Of a stretch of DNA of 64,000 nt, positions 36,301 to 48,613 are shown piece by piece. The notes under the pieces were generated by a model. It worked only from the letters and a program-made list of their open reading frames with translations. It did no database searches and was not told where the DNA came from. The stretch is from Takakia lepidozioides (taxonomy: Eukaryota; Plantae; Bryophyta): positions 28,458,001 to 28,522,000 of the forward strand of contig CM060731.1 of NCBI GenBank assembly GCA_030704615.1, written 5' to 3'. How positions within the stretch are numbered: the first letter of the stretch is position 1; each line of letters opens with the position of its first letter. A program made the translations under genes and the position numbers.

Positions 36301-37132
36301 TAATCGATAAGAGACTTTACAATAATGAGTACTACTTGGAACAACCTCAATCTTATGATCTACTCTTCTCTTTGGCGGAAGCCGTGCTGGTAGGTCATCT
36401 GGAAAAACATCTTTGAACTATTTTAACACACTCTGTAATTCTATAGGGACCTCATTCATGTCTTTTTTTTGGATTTTCCACGTCTCTTATTAAACCAAAA
36501 AATATATGTCTTTCTTACATATAGCTGTAGTACCTATAACAAATGATGATAGGTTTCGATATGGTGTCCTCACTCAATCTCCCCATAATTTCCAAATATG
36601 GGTTTTGACTATTTTTCGACGCCAATCAATATCAGGGTTGTGAGATTCCATCCAAGGCATGCCTAATATTACGTCATATCGAGCCAGTTTGACCACTCGT
36701 CATTCTAAGGTTTTTCTATATTTACCGATCGACAACTCTATGTTTTTAGGTAGTGTCTCAATGGCCTCTGTATGTCTATTTGACATTTATACTTCTTCTC
36801 TTTCATCATTTTCTAAGGGGAGTCCTAGTTTCAAGGCAGCCTTTCTAGATAAGCAGTATTCTGTTGCCCCAGGGTCTATCAACACTCTCACATGAATACC
36901 TTCCAAGGTTCCATCTGCTACAATTAACTGCGTCTTTTTCTTGCCCGCATGATTGATTTGCCTCTTCTCATTGTATGGCCCCTCGCCTTTCCTCTTCTTT
37001 GTAGAACCAGTAAGACCGCGAGGTCTACTTACTGGTTGTTCTCATTTTCCTGCTCATTGTGATGTTCGTTATCTTCTCCTCTCCTTACACTGTTAAGAGG
37101 TCTTCGATAAGTTTGTCGATTGTACTTTCCAC
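33354..37132 (-). pseudogene. pol: gag end and pol (protease, RT, RNase H, integrase, chromodomain) of chromovirus A; ~250-bp insertion at ~35560-35805
   Basis: VLIDPGAT; [28 protein letters not shown]; PVAYFSRKL, TDHKPL; SMDLV, TDRDTQF, DGQIER; EYLVLWKGFPLYKATWEP. Confidence 0.92.
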
Positions 37133-37716
37133 TAGCTTAGTGGGACTTAGTGGGGGTGACATAGGACTCACCATGGGGCGGAGACCTTGTGGTGGGAGTC
37201 GTGGGGAGTCTTGGGACTCATCACGGACCAATGGGACCGTGGTGGGTGGGCCAAGACTCACCGCGACTCATCACCGGGAATCGAGGGTCTTCGTGGTGGT
37301 TCGCCATAAAATGACATGGTTGTTTGTGAAACCCCCGCGGACAATCACAGAAGTATATATAGGGAGTAGTAACCCCGAGAACGGTGCAAGCCCGTTGGTG
37401 ACAAAAAACTAGTGAGTAAGCAAGCGAGCCGAAAAGCGACCAAGGAGTGGGGAGCTATTCCGGACTGCCATCTACCAAAGGGAATTTCCACTAGGCCCAA
37501 ATTGGTGGAGGGTCTGGTGGAAGAGTAAAGGGGGACCGTTATGTCCCGGTGAGCAGCCGAAGCTCCAAGTTGGCCCGGCGGCCAGGTTGGGAGTTAGGCG
37601 CGCGCATCAAAGTGAGTAACTACGGCTTGAAGGGGAACTTACCGAAGTGAGGTGCGCGACACTTGGTATCAGAGCTTAGAGTTTAGTACGCGATCGTCCT
37701 TGGGTTCGGCCTCATC

Positions 37717-38796
37717 ATGGGGTCGGGCAAGCCAAAACGAAAGCGGAACGGCCCGAAAGATGATTATCCTGGTGAGCCTGATGGGGGCGACGTGTCACCG
37801 AAGCGGCTATTTGAGGAAGCGATGCATGCTTTTGAAAGCGAGGCCGCTCAAGAACGGGAGGAATTTGAGGAGTCGAAGCCCGAGGAATCCCTGAGAGCTC
37901 CGATAAACCAACAGATGCCTCCCATGCCAGCAGCCTTTTGGGAAGGGTTGTTGGCGCAGTTTGGTGGGACGTTGAAAGTCGTGTTGAAGGCGGCTAATGC
38001 CACTTCCACTAAGGCAAAGTTTAAGGTGAAGCCTAAGGAACCCGACACCTTCGAGGGCGTCCGAAATCGGAAGGCACTCAACACCTGGCTCTTAGAGCTA
38101 GAGCAGTACTTCCGGGCGGCTAAGTTGAGTGACGAGGATCGGGTGGAAGTGGCTCCCACCTATTTGAGGGGCTATGCTCAACAATGGTGGCAGAAACGCC
38201 TTCACGACCGAGGTCCAAACCCGGAAACCTTGAACTGGAGTGGGTTCAAGGAACTGATGAAGAGACAGTTTGTGCCCCTCAACGCGTCCTGGCTCGCCCG
38301 GGACAAGATGAGGAATTTGAAGCAAACAGATGACATTCGGGGATATGTTCAGGCTTTCAATGTGTTGTTGCTCGAAGTCGCGGACATGACAGAACCAGAA
38401 ATGGTCTTCAACTTTGTGGCGGGACTGGCCCCATGGGCCAGGCGGAAGTTGGAGGAGAAGCCACCTAAGACTTTGAACCAGGCAATTGAGAGGGCTGAAT
38501 GCTTCTCGGATGTCCCTAGGGGCAAAAGACAAGGCCGTACGGAGCTGAACCACAAGAAGACTCGGCGGGAGGGTGACTCATTTCGACTGGAAAAGAAGTG
38601 GGATAGGCCACGCGGCGACAATGGCACGTGGAAATCGAAGGGAGGGCCTTCACACGCCAAGACGACACCCGGTGCTCCGAAAGAAAAATCAGGTGCGCGA
38701 CCTTATGGCGAACAAAAGACAATCTTCGATGGAGTGTGCTTTAATTGCGGGGAGCTCGGGTACATGGCTAAGAAGTGCGCAAAGCCCCGAAATTGA
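37717..38796 (+). CDS. gag: gag of chromovirus B (open frame, 359 aa)
   Basis: PKEPDTFEG..WLLELEQYF, YLRGYAQQWW, FVAGL, knuckle CFNCGELGYMAKKC. Confidence 0.9.
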   Translation: MGSGKPKRKRNGPKDDYPGEPDGGDVSPKRLFEEAMHAFESEAAQEREEFEESKPEESLRAPINQQMPPMPAAFWEGLLAQFGGTLKVVLKAANATSTKAKFKVKPKEPDTFEGVRNRKALNTWLLELEQYFRAAKLSDEDRVEVAPTYLRGYAQQWWQKRLHDRGPNPETLNWSGFKELMKRQFVPLNASWLARDKMRNLKQTDDIRGYVQAFNVLLLEVADMTEPEMVFNFVAGLAPWARRKLEEKPPKTLNQAIERAECFSDVPRGKRQGRTELNHKKTRREGDSFRLEKKWDRPRGDNGTWKSKGGPSHAKTTPGAPKEKSGARPYGEQKTIFDGVCFNCGELGYMAKKCAKPRN

Positions 38797-39989
38797 GGGA
38801 GGAGGCCGAGGAGTATGTCAAAACATGCACCATATGCCAACAAAACCGGACCGAGTACAAAAAGCAAGCGGGGCTGTTACAACCCTTGCCGATTCCAGAG
38901 GGGTCTTGGGAAAGTGTCTCGATGGATTTCATGACTGCTATGCCACTGTCAAAAAAGATTCGATGCGATCATGGTGGTGGTGTATAGGTTCAGTAAAATG
39001 GGCCATTTCATCCCCACCAAGGAGACGACAACGGTGCAGAAGACGGGGCGACTTTACTTTGCCCACGTCTTCAAGCATCATGGACTTCCGAAGGATCTTG
39101 TCTCGGACCGCGATCCAAAGTTTACGAGTAAATTTTGGAGGGCACTTTGGAAGAAGATGGGGACGAGGCTCAAGATGAGCACCGCCTTCCGACCTACGAC
39201 AGACGGCTAAACAGAAAGGGTGAATTCCGTGGTGAAGCAGATCTTGCGGAATTACGTGTCGGCAGACCAATCGGACTGGGTGGAGCACTTGGATGTGGCA
39301 GAGTTCTGTTATAATAACACAAAACACTCCGCAATGGGAGTTTCCCCTTTCGTATTGGTCTATGGAAAAACACCTCTGGTGCCGACAAGTTGGGCCGCCC
39401 AAGATGTTGAGGAACCGGCAGCAGCAGCGGTGTTGGAAGAACGCGAGCGTTTGTTGAAGCTCGCAAGTACAACATTGCCAAAGCTAGGAAACGGTATGAA
39501 CGACAAGCAAATCGGAAGCGGAGGGAAGTTAAGTTTGAGGCAGGCACGGAGGTCTGGTTCAACATCAAGAATTTCCAACTACCTCCGGAAGTGAGTCCGA
39601 AGTTTGTACCTCCGTATGTGGGACCCTTTCGCATCCGGAAACTTATGAATGAGGATGTGTATGAATTGGAGCTGCCAGCAAACAACAAGGTGCATCCGGT
39701 ATTCCACGTCTCCATTTTGAAGCCTTACTTCAAAGATGAAGCGCGTCCGAATCGGCATCAAGTGTTGCGTCCGCCACCTGTGCTGTTGGATCATGAAAAT
39801 GAACCTGAGTACGAGGTGGAGGCAGTGCTTAAGTCGAGGAGGTTCAAGAATCGAGAAACGGAGTATCTCGTGAAATGGAAGGGCTATCATCGTGTGGAGG
39901 CATCTTGGGTGCGTGCCTCAGAAATAAGAAACGCATCCAAGGCGGTTGCAGTTTTCGAAGGGCGACCTCAAAAGCGGAAGAAACGTTGA
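38790..39989 (+). pseudogene. Integrase + chromodomain of chromovirus B (frameshifted)
   Basis: YVKTCTICQQ, VSMDFM, SDRDPKF, DG*TER, GPF/HPVFHVS, EYLVKWKGYHRVEASW. Confidence 0.9.
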
Positions 39990-41969
39990 TGGGGACATCA
40001 ACCTTGGATCGTGGGGAGGAAAATGCATGCTTAGCCCGGCTTAGCTAACTCGGGAATCCGATTGCAAAAACTTGTATTGTACAAATTCTGTTATAAATGA
40101 AATGGTTTCCAAATGTTGTGCGTCCTATTTTGTTTGGAATGGTGATGCATGGTATGGTTGGCTAGTGTGTAGAATGCATGCTAGCTTACAAAAGTGGGAG
40201 AGGTAAATTGGATTAATCGTGTGTTCGCGTAGTGCCGAAATCGGGTGACTCCCATCCAAGGGGTAAGGAAATACGCCTTCCTTGGGAGTTCACGTGCTAG
40301 TGCGCACCTGGCGCGTGCGCGTACTATAATTGCGCTACCAAGGGGGTTGCCTTGTAGTGCGGGCTAACGCGGAAGCTACGTGCTTCCGTTCACGTACTAT
40401 AATCGTGTAGCCTCGGGACGAAGTCGTAGTGCGACTTCGGCGCGTTTCCATACCTCAGGCCAACATTCCAAGGTGGACCCAATTGTAGTGATTGGGGCGC
40501 ATAGTTAGTCCAAGGTTATCTTCCTAGTAAAAAAGGGTTCAAGGTGAACCCTTGCTCAAGGTGATGCCAAAAGCGGCATCATGAGCGGTCGCAAGCACTG
40601 TTGTTGCAGTAAGATGATTCGATCTTCGGGGAGTATTGTTCCTTGGTCTTGAAGTAGGCCAAGAAGAGTGCACTGGGAGGAGCTTGAAAGGCTCCACCCT
40701 TGGCCGAGACTTGGAGGAAGTTGGCCGAACTAGCTAGTGGAGAGTAGAGTCAAGTGTGGGGTTTGGTTTTTTGCCATGGGACGCCATGGTACGGAAACAA
40801 ACTCCTTGATGTGGGACGCCACAACTTGGATGTTCGTTTCTACAAAATGGACAAGTCGATGAGGACATCGACTCCCTGTTGGTAGGGGTGTGTGTCGCGG
40901 CCCTTTGCCTTGAGGGCAGGGGGTCGGGATGCAGGAGGGGTTGCCCCTGTGGTGGGGGCAGTGGCAGCGATAGGTACGGGGGGCTGAAGCACCCTTGAGT
41001 GCCCAAGGCACTCAAGGAGGCGGAGGCGCTCACTAGGTGGAGCCTCGCATACCGGGTTGCGGTGGGGGTGGCTCCACAAGGGGTGGTGGTAGCTTAGTGG
41101 GACTTAGTGGGGGTGGCATAGGACTCACCATGGGGTGGACACCTTGTGGTGGGAGTCGTGGGGAGTCTTGGGACTCATCACGGTCCAATGGGGCCATGGT
41201 GGGTGGGCCAAGACTCACCACGACTCATCACCGAGAATCGAGGGTCTTCGTGCTGGTTCACCATGGTTGTTTGTGAAACCCCCGCGGACAGTCACAGAAG
41301 TATATATAGGGAGTAGTAACCCCAAGAACGGTGCAAACCCGTTGGTGACCAAAAACTAGTGAGTAAGCGAGCGAGCCGGAAAGCGACCAATGAGTGGGGA
41401 GCTATTCCGGATTGCCATCTACCAAAGGGAATTTCCACTAGGCCCAAATTGGTGGAGGGTCTAGTGGAAGAGTAAAGGGGGACCGTTATGTCCCGGTGAG
41501 CAGCCGAAGCTCCAAGTTGGCCCGGCGGCCAGGTTGGGAGTTAGGCGCGCACATCAAAGCGAGTAACTATGACTTGAAGGGGAACTTACCAAAGTGAGGT
41601 GCGCGACAGTCATCACTTGATCTGGAATTAGAGGTGACTTCCACAATGACATGATTACCACAATACACAAAATTTTTAATACCTCTATCTCATCTATCCA
41701 TAAACTTAATGCTTCAAGATAATCCACCTCACAATGCTCCGCTCCCTCACAACTATTATTACTCATAAGCGGCAATTCGAATCCAGCCCCTCTTAGTATC
41801 ATAGGCACCCATATTCTTTGGATACTCGGTGTCCCCAGACACCCGCAAGCTCAGTCTGTTTTCCTTATAGGGCCCCTCCCTAAAAGGGAGCAGTAGCCAT
41901 GAGGCGAAGTGAGTCTTAATTAGGCCATTTTTGGACGGAGTCTTCTCTCTGCACCTAGCCACTAACTCG

Positions 41970-42690
41970 GGGGGGGGGGGGCACTCCCTATATCTTTTAT
42001 ATACCACGTGCGAAAAAAGGGTATTTTGTATGGGGGTATTATTTCTATTTTGGTCTGTATCGGCTACCCTATACTTACATAAATTTGTAAAATGCTACAA
42101 TAAAGAAATTTTTTACAGTAAAAAAATAGTTCACTACTTCGTGGAAACAAACTCATCCAAAGTTTGGGCATCAGTCGCATTCAAGCTGTAAGCATTCTGA
42201 ACTTTGTCAAAAGTCATAGTAACTAAACTACTGATTGAATCTATGTCTATCCATTTACTATCTGTTACATCATACTTGAATTTAAGGTCCCCTTTAGATT
42301 TCGAGAAATAATTTAAAATGACCATTACTGTTGTCGTTGGTTTATTGAAAAGATCTATTGGCTGCAGAAATATCCTCCACCCGAAACTCAAACTCCCCTG
42401 TGAATCAAATGTCATCAATAGTTGAGGTCCCCAAATCCAAATCTAGCCCACCTGATAAACAAGTAACTAGACGACACGTGTCCCAAATCTTTATTAGGAC
42501 CCCATTGGTAGTTATCAAAAAATAAAACTCCATATCCTATATTCATTAAAATTCCAAAACCACGATATATTGGTACATTTTTTTTTAATTTGTAATTGTT
42601 TTCTAAATTTTATGTGCAATGAATATATTGTACCTTATAGTTTTTTGCACGTAGTTTCGGAATATTTGGAAGCCCCCCCCCCCCCCCCCC
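41970..42690 (-). mobile_element. Putative deleted DNA transposon with imperfect G-run termini and a coding remnant (42134-42418)
   Basis: Imperfect inverted ends (gggg..acgtgcgaaaaaa / ttttttgcacgt..cccc). No TSD resolved. Confidence 0.35.
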
Positions 42691-42739
42691 CCCCCTCCCC
42701 CTCGCACTAATTGTTGTACATCCGTGTGCATACCGCACC

Positions 42740-43250
42740 ATCAATACTGCAATTGGAATAAATTGTGGATGCGTCTCATCCCAAAATGCCCCAATTCCTC
42801 AAAAGTATGACGCACCAACCGCATTCGTTGTGGATGAAGCACAATCCTTACTTATCCATCCTCCCACACTCAAAGGAGGTGAGTCTCCTCCCACTTAAAC
42901 CTCTTGGTTCATTGTAGGATCTGATCTATCTCCTTAACAGTCACACTGCCTGCAGTTTCGTCGATGTGAAGGTAAGCCAACATTGTTGCATTTTCATGGA
43001 CATTTTTAGCACTACCGTGCTTATCACTAATCTCTGGATCGTTATGCACACCATATAGTACATGACTAATGTGGAAAGTGGATTGGGCCACTTGTAGAAG
43101 AGTTGCGTCCCGCACCCTTCTCCCAAGTTCTTTATCTAAAAACCCACACTAGAACTGGAGTACCTGAGCTTCCATAACCCCTTGGGTTTCACTTATCTAG
43201 CATCTCATGCGAGTGTAAGCCGTAATGCTCTTATTAGGGTTGGTCTTCAA
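42740..43250 (-). mobile_element. Degenerate gypsy pol fragment (RNase H-integrase linker / H2C2 start)
   Basis: Manual translation: KRFKWE...LVRHTFEELGHFGMRR, with stops. Confidence 0.55.
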
Positions 43251-43499
43251 TGACGTCAACAGTCTTCCAAACAGTTCTCAAAATGCTCCATAGGCCTGCC
43301 AAATATTGGCCTTCAAGGATGTCAAAAAATCCTCCAAACAACTTGTTTAATATTCCACAAGCATGCCAAATATTGGCCGACATCAACAATCCTCCAAACA
43401 ATAGTCCTCGCAATAGACCCAAAATATTCGTAGATAGTTAATTTTCCATCTGTAACTGACCAAATTACATCCGTTGGCACAATGTTTCATTCGCTGGAG

Positions 43500-43890
43500 C
43501 GATTTCATCCTATATGGGTAGGTGTCACCGATATGGGAGCAAAGTCAACCAATATGGGGTTGACTCATTCAATATGGACGAACTATGGGAAGATTCATCC
43601 CAAGTGGGCACAAATTCATCCAATATTGGATTCATCATCCAATATAAAGTAAGCCTAACCAATATGGGAGAAGACTTAACCAATATGGATGAATTCATTC
43701 AATATGGACGAACTATGGGGAAGTTAAGCCCATACGGGCATGAATTCATCCAATATGAGGTTTTTCATCCAACATAGAGTAGCCGTAATCAATATGGGAA
43801 AAGGCTCAACCAATATGGGTGAATCCATTCAATATGGTTGAACTACTAGAAGATTCATCCCATATGGGCACAAATTCATCCAATATATGA
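43500..43890. repeat. Degenerate tandem repeat (ttcatccaatatgg motif)
   Basis: caatatgg / catatgg recurs more than 12 times. Confidence 0.75.
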
Positions 43891-46800
43891 GTATGATAAC
43901 TCAATAGTGGAGCTCCCAGCCTATGGACACTGTTCCAATGCATTCTCTCATGTTCCCATGTGTTCTAAGCATTGGGTTTCCATGCGTTCCTCCGTGTTTC
44001 TTGAGAGTTCCCAAGCATTCATATAACATTCCAAGCTACGGTCTGCTCTGCGCTTGTTGCCAACGAGTTATGGCTTCTATGAAGCAATTGGATATGTTGT
44101 CTTGATATCTTGGATTCCTACGGATAACCATAAGCGCCCATATCTTATTGAGCAAGGTGTTTACTACCACGTGGAACTCATAGCTATGGGGCTTTCTATG
44201 AATCTCTTCTAACCAATATTGTATGCATTCATAATGCTCCCTTCCATAGCCATAGTGCACCCCTTACAGCTTCCCTACACTGACCATTTCAATAGACATG
44301 TTTTTTACAAGCTTGAGATTGAAACCCCAACTCAAAACATGCTCTACAAATGGATTTTCTTGCACAAAAGGGAAATCAGATCTCTCTTCTCACTCTTAGC
44401 TCTCAGCTTAAGCTTGAAGTTTTAATGCTCAACAAGCTGAAAGCGTGATTTACACATGCACAACTTGCTTGGTTACTACTCAATAGCTCTTCTTGAACTC
44501 TTCAAACCCTACAACATAAAAGTTTTACTTTCAAACTCTCTAACTTTACTATGGGGCTCTTTTTGAGGACCTCCACCCGCATATAAACACTACCACAAGA
44601 CTTTCTTTTTGCAAAGCCTTCAGCTGAAAATAGATTGTGGCCTGTCCTACCTTGTTCCAGATGGCCATCTTGTTCCATGGGCCCTCGTGGCCATCAACAC
44701 ATTGTGATACAACAACTATCTAGATACCACGCTCTCTTCAACACATAAGTGTTAAACGAATGCTAATTATACCTGGCACATTTAGATGTAAACATGTCTG
44801 TTTCATGTTGAAAAAAATGACAGAAGCAGAATGCAATGGAAAACCTTCCAGCATGAAACCACCATATACTAAGGAGCAAACCCAACTCTTCCAAGTATAA
44901 ATCCACTCTATCACTCAATATAAGTCAAGCCAATGACACATTTACTAAAAATCCACCATATAGACCTCACATACACTACCACTCAAGAACTATGATTGAT
45001 AGGTGTTAGTATATTCTGCAATGTTGAATTGGTGAGGGATGCCGTAGCAACCTTCGTTCTAGTTCTCTCCTTGCAAAACCATGATGCCATTCTTAGAATT
45101 GTTAGAAATTTTTGCTTTGTAGAGACATGATAGACCAATTGCTTCAATATGGTACAAATAACTACATAGCGTAAAATTGTCTGGATTTCGGACAGGTAAC
45201 AGATTTTGACACATGAATGTTAAAAACATTAGTCTACGAGTTCAGAATGCTCCTGTAAGTGTCTTTCAAAATGCCTCTGTGATCCTTTTTTGGTTAAATG
45301 CACAATCACATCGGAACATGTTGCAATCACCTGCCTACTTCTGAGTGTTATAAATGGAGATTATACCATGGCGCGAACGGAAGGGAATGCGTTCTACAGT
45401 TAGCAGTTAGTGTGTGAAAGAGAGATGACATTCATGTATCTTCCGAGCTTTCATGCTTGATGTGGTTTCATGAACCTCTTCCGGTGTGGGTTTGGTGAAT
45501 ATCATTGGAAGGGGACAGAGGCAAGTGCTGGTGCAGCTCAAGTCAGGCTGCAAGTTGGTAATGTTGCAACTACCCACGACAGAAATGTCAACCACAAGTT
45601 CGGGTGTGATCGATACAGAGAGAAGAGAACTGAATATGACACGTTGTCAGGACTCCATGTTACTTAACTAGAGACTAGAGCAACTGGGAGCCTCACAATT
45701 TTGATCTGAAAGCGACAACGTAAAATAGCATTTATACACAGTCCAAGATTGGGTGTCTTGTTCCTTTCTTGCTCCTCAGATTTAGTTTTAATCCCAACAA
45801 GTTGAGACTTGAAATCCTCTAATCTAATCTTCTGTGTCGTGACGTACATCCTACTGTACGATTGTCGAGTTTCCAAAAGGAAGGCTCTCATGTCAAACAC
45901 GTGGGATGGTTGGAGCATCGTAGCCTCACAGACACAATCATTTCATCCGGTTGCATACCCATTGATCGATGCCTACTGTAAAGCAACTCTGAAGCAGTCA
46001 GACACCTCGGTGTGAATCAAAAGTGCAGTGCCAGTGGTGAGTCACAGAAATAAGAACGCCCTGGCTGTCACAGGAGGAATGCAGCCAAGTGTGGCAGCTA
46101 AAGTACAGTCAAAGGCAAGGATAACACACAGGAAAGGGCTGTTCTTCTTTGAATGCCCAGCCTATATACGCGTCCATGTACATCTGCTAAAGCTTCCCTG
46201 ACTGTGGCAGATATCCTAATATCCTGATGGGCCAGGGAGACGAAGCCGTGTTTTTTCGAACTTCGTCTTCCACGGTGGCTCAGGCGCAAGATGCGGATGA
46301 AGACCACTTTGATGGATGTTAATAAGTTTGCATCCGAAATGTTTTTGTCGTGATTTTGTGTGCGTGTTGCCAGATGGGAGGTGTGTCGCGTACGTGGAAC
46401 AAGTGGAGGAGATTCGAAAGAAACATTTTCTTTTCTGAAACACCGACAATCAACTCCGTGGTGAGTCTATCTCGAAATCGAATCACAATCACAATCACAA
46501 TCCAATTGCCAGCCACATATAAAGGAGTGGTTGATTCGAGGAAGAGTCTTTGCCGGACCCACTCACCGACCCATCGGCTGGTTGCTTGTTGCTACCTTGG
46601 AGGCCCTCATAGCCCAGTGTTGGACGTGGGCATCAATCATACTGAATCTACCTACATCGACATGCAAATGTGTAGGTAATATTTTCCCACACCAGAAGGA
46701 ATACATACAAGATGAGTGGGCGGAAGGAAGTGGGGCAGGCTTGGGGGAGGGGAGGTTTGATGGAGGAGGGTGACAGGGCGGCGAGAAAGGGAAGGACGCG

Positions 46801-47442
46801 GCATGAAGCGCATGGGCCACGAGAGCCGCATGCGTGCCTTGCCGTGCTCTGCAGCGTCCTAGCCTGGGCCACCACTGCCCGTTTTTCTTACATGGTCAGG
46901 CAGCTTGATCTAGTGACTCAGATAATTATCTCACTTAGTTGTCCTACTGGAAGTGGGCGTACAGTCGACCTACTGACGAGCATGGGAATGTGATGTACTG
47001 TGTTTTTAAAGCAGTAGCACACTTTCCTTCCCGAATGGCAAGCATGCAGATGGTGGAAGCTAGTTTTGAAATGACGTCAAATGCTTATAATTGCTGCATT
47101 ATGTTTTTGCCAACAGAATGTCATGGTCGGTGCCAGGTTCAGAGAGATAAGATCCAATTCGGTGGCCCATAAGACCTACTGTGATTGTGGTGGGCCTTTT
47201 GTTGGTGGATGGGCCAACTATTGTCCATTCAATCTCGGAAGGCGTGAGCCCCAGCAAGAGATGAACAGGACAGGAAGATCCGTTTCAAACACCCAGGAAC
47301 CGCTAAAAACCGGGGCACTTCTCAAGGCCCAAAATCCGAGACACCGAACATTTAAAAACAAATGAAAAGTAAAACCTTCTTTCTCATGATTCACGCTCCA
47401 AGGTGGCCAGATACTTCTCAATATATTCATTTTGCCTCAACA

Positions 47443-47598
47443 CCCAGTGCCGAGGTCTTAGGTCCACTAGGTTGTGAGCCGTTCTCTTTGCAAGCAAGCA
47501 ATGAGGCAGCTTTTTTGCATCAATACCCAGTGCCGAGGTCTTAGGTCCACTTGGTAGTGAGCCGTTCTCTTTGCAAGCAAGCAATGAGGCAGCTTTTC
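47443..47598. repeat. Tandem duplication, ~83-bp period
   Basis: cccagtgccgaggtcttaggtccact...gaggcagctttt occurs twice. Confidence 0.85.
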
Positions 47599-48517
47599 TG
47601 ACCCCAGCTTGAGCAGAGACTCAGAGAGGAACCAACGGCATGGTGCATGAAGATCCTGTACTCGGACAGTCATCCAGGAATATCATAAAGATTCGTGAAA
47701 TAGCGTAACTACCGGAGGTAACATGATGGGTTCGTCTCTAAAGGTAAAGACCAAAAATGGAAACGGCAACAGTTCTGCCAGATTCCAGGTTGCCCTCTAG
47801 ATTCTGTCGGGTAATGTTGGTTCCCAGAGTTTCCTGGGCATCACTTCCGTGGTTTTGTGTATCACATGCAACTTGCATGTGAGGAAAGTCACGGATCAAC
47901 CAAAGCAGTGACAGGTTAATTGATGTCAAACCACAGCCTGAGGACAACCAATTACCATGACTCCACATTCTCCAGCTAGCACAGAAACGCAACAGTCTTT
48001 TAACTTGCCCATAAGATCTTTGTGGCCTTCTGCAACTAGCATTGCTTTACCCAGCAGTCAGATCAGAACACTTTCCAAAAGTTTGAAGTGAAGTAACGTT
48101 GTATAAACAAAATCCACTCTTTTAAATTCCTGGATGTAGCATATGGGAGACACATATTGCACTGCGCAAAGACCCGGGTAAAGACTAATTGGACTTCAAG
48201 TTCCGTGACAATCTGCAATCTTGTGACGTAGTGTAATGCAATTCTTTATGAGTGAGTTAAGATGGCCTATTCTGTATGCAAGGATCGAATGGAGTGCAGA
48301 GGCCGGATCCACAATGGACACAGGAGGAGAGTAGGTGTCGAGGAAACCAGGGGGGGTGCACGTGTGGAAGCCCCGAGCTCTCCGTGATGGCCAGCGTTGT
48401 ACTTTGTAACGTGTCCCTTGCGTATGGTGCTTGCGTCCTTTTTCCTTACGTTTGACTGTGAAAAAGCCCATGCATAAAGTCATGTTGCCATTCCAACACG
48501 GGTGGCCTCCCTCCGCA

Positions 48518-48613
48518 TTGGCCATTTCAATCCTCTCCCTTTTTTTGACCTTCAGGAAGGGCCCCTTGGCCATTTCAATCCTCTCCCTTTTTTCGACCTT
48601 CAGGAAGGGCCCC
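48518..48613. repeat. 48-bp tandem duplication
   Basis: ttggccatttcaatcctctccctttttt.gaccttcaggaagggcccc occurs twice. Confidence 0.85.

Larger units (their letters stand above)
37133..41608 (+). mobile_element. Chromovirus B (rest of 5' LTR 37133-37661, PBS 37664-37675, 3' LTR 40893-41608), internally deleted
   Basis: LTR homology, tggtatcagagc PBS, TG...CA ends, TSD GTCAT at 41609-41613. Confidence 0.92.
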
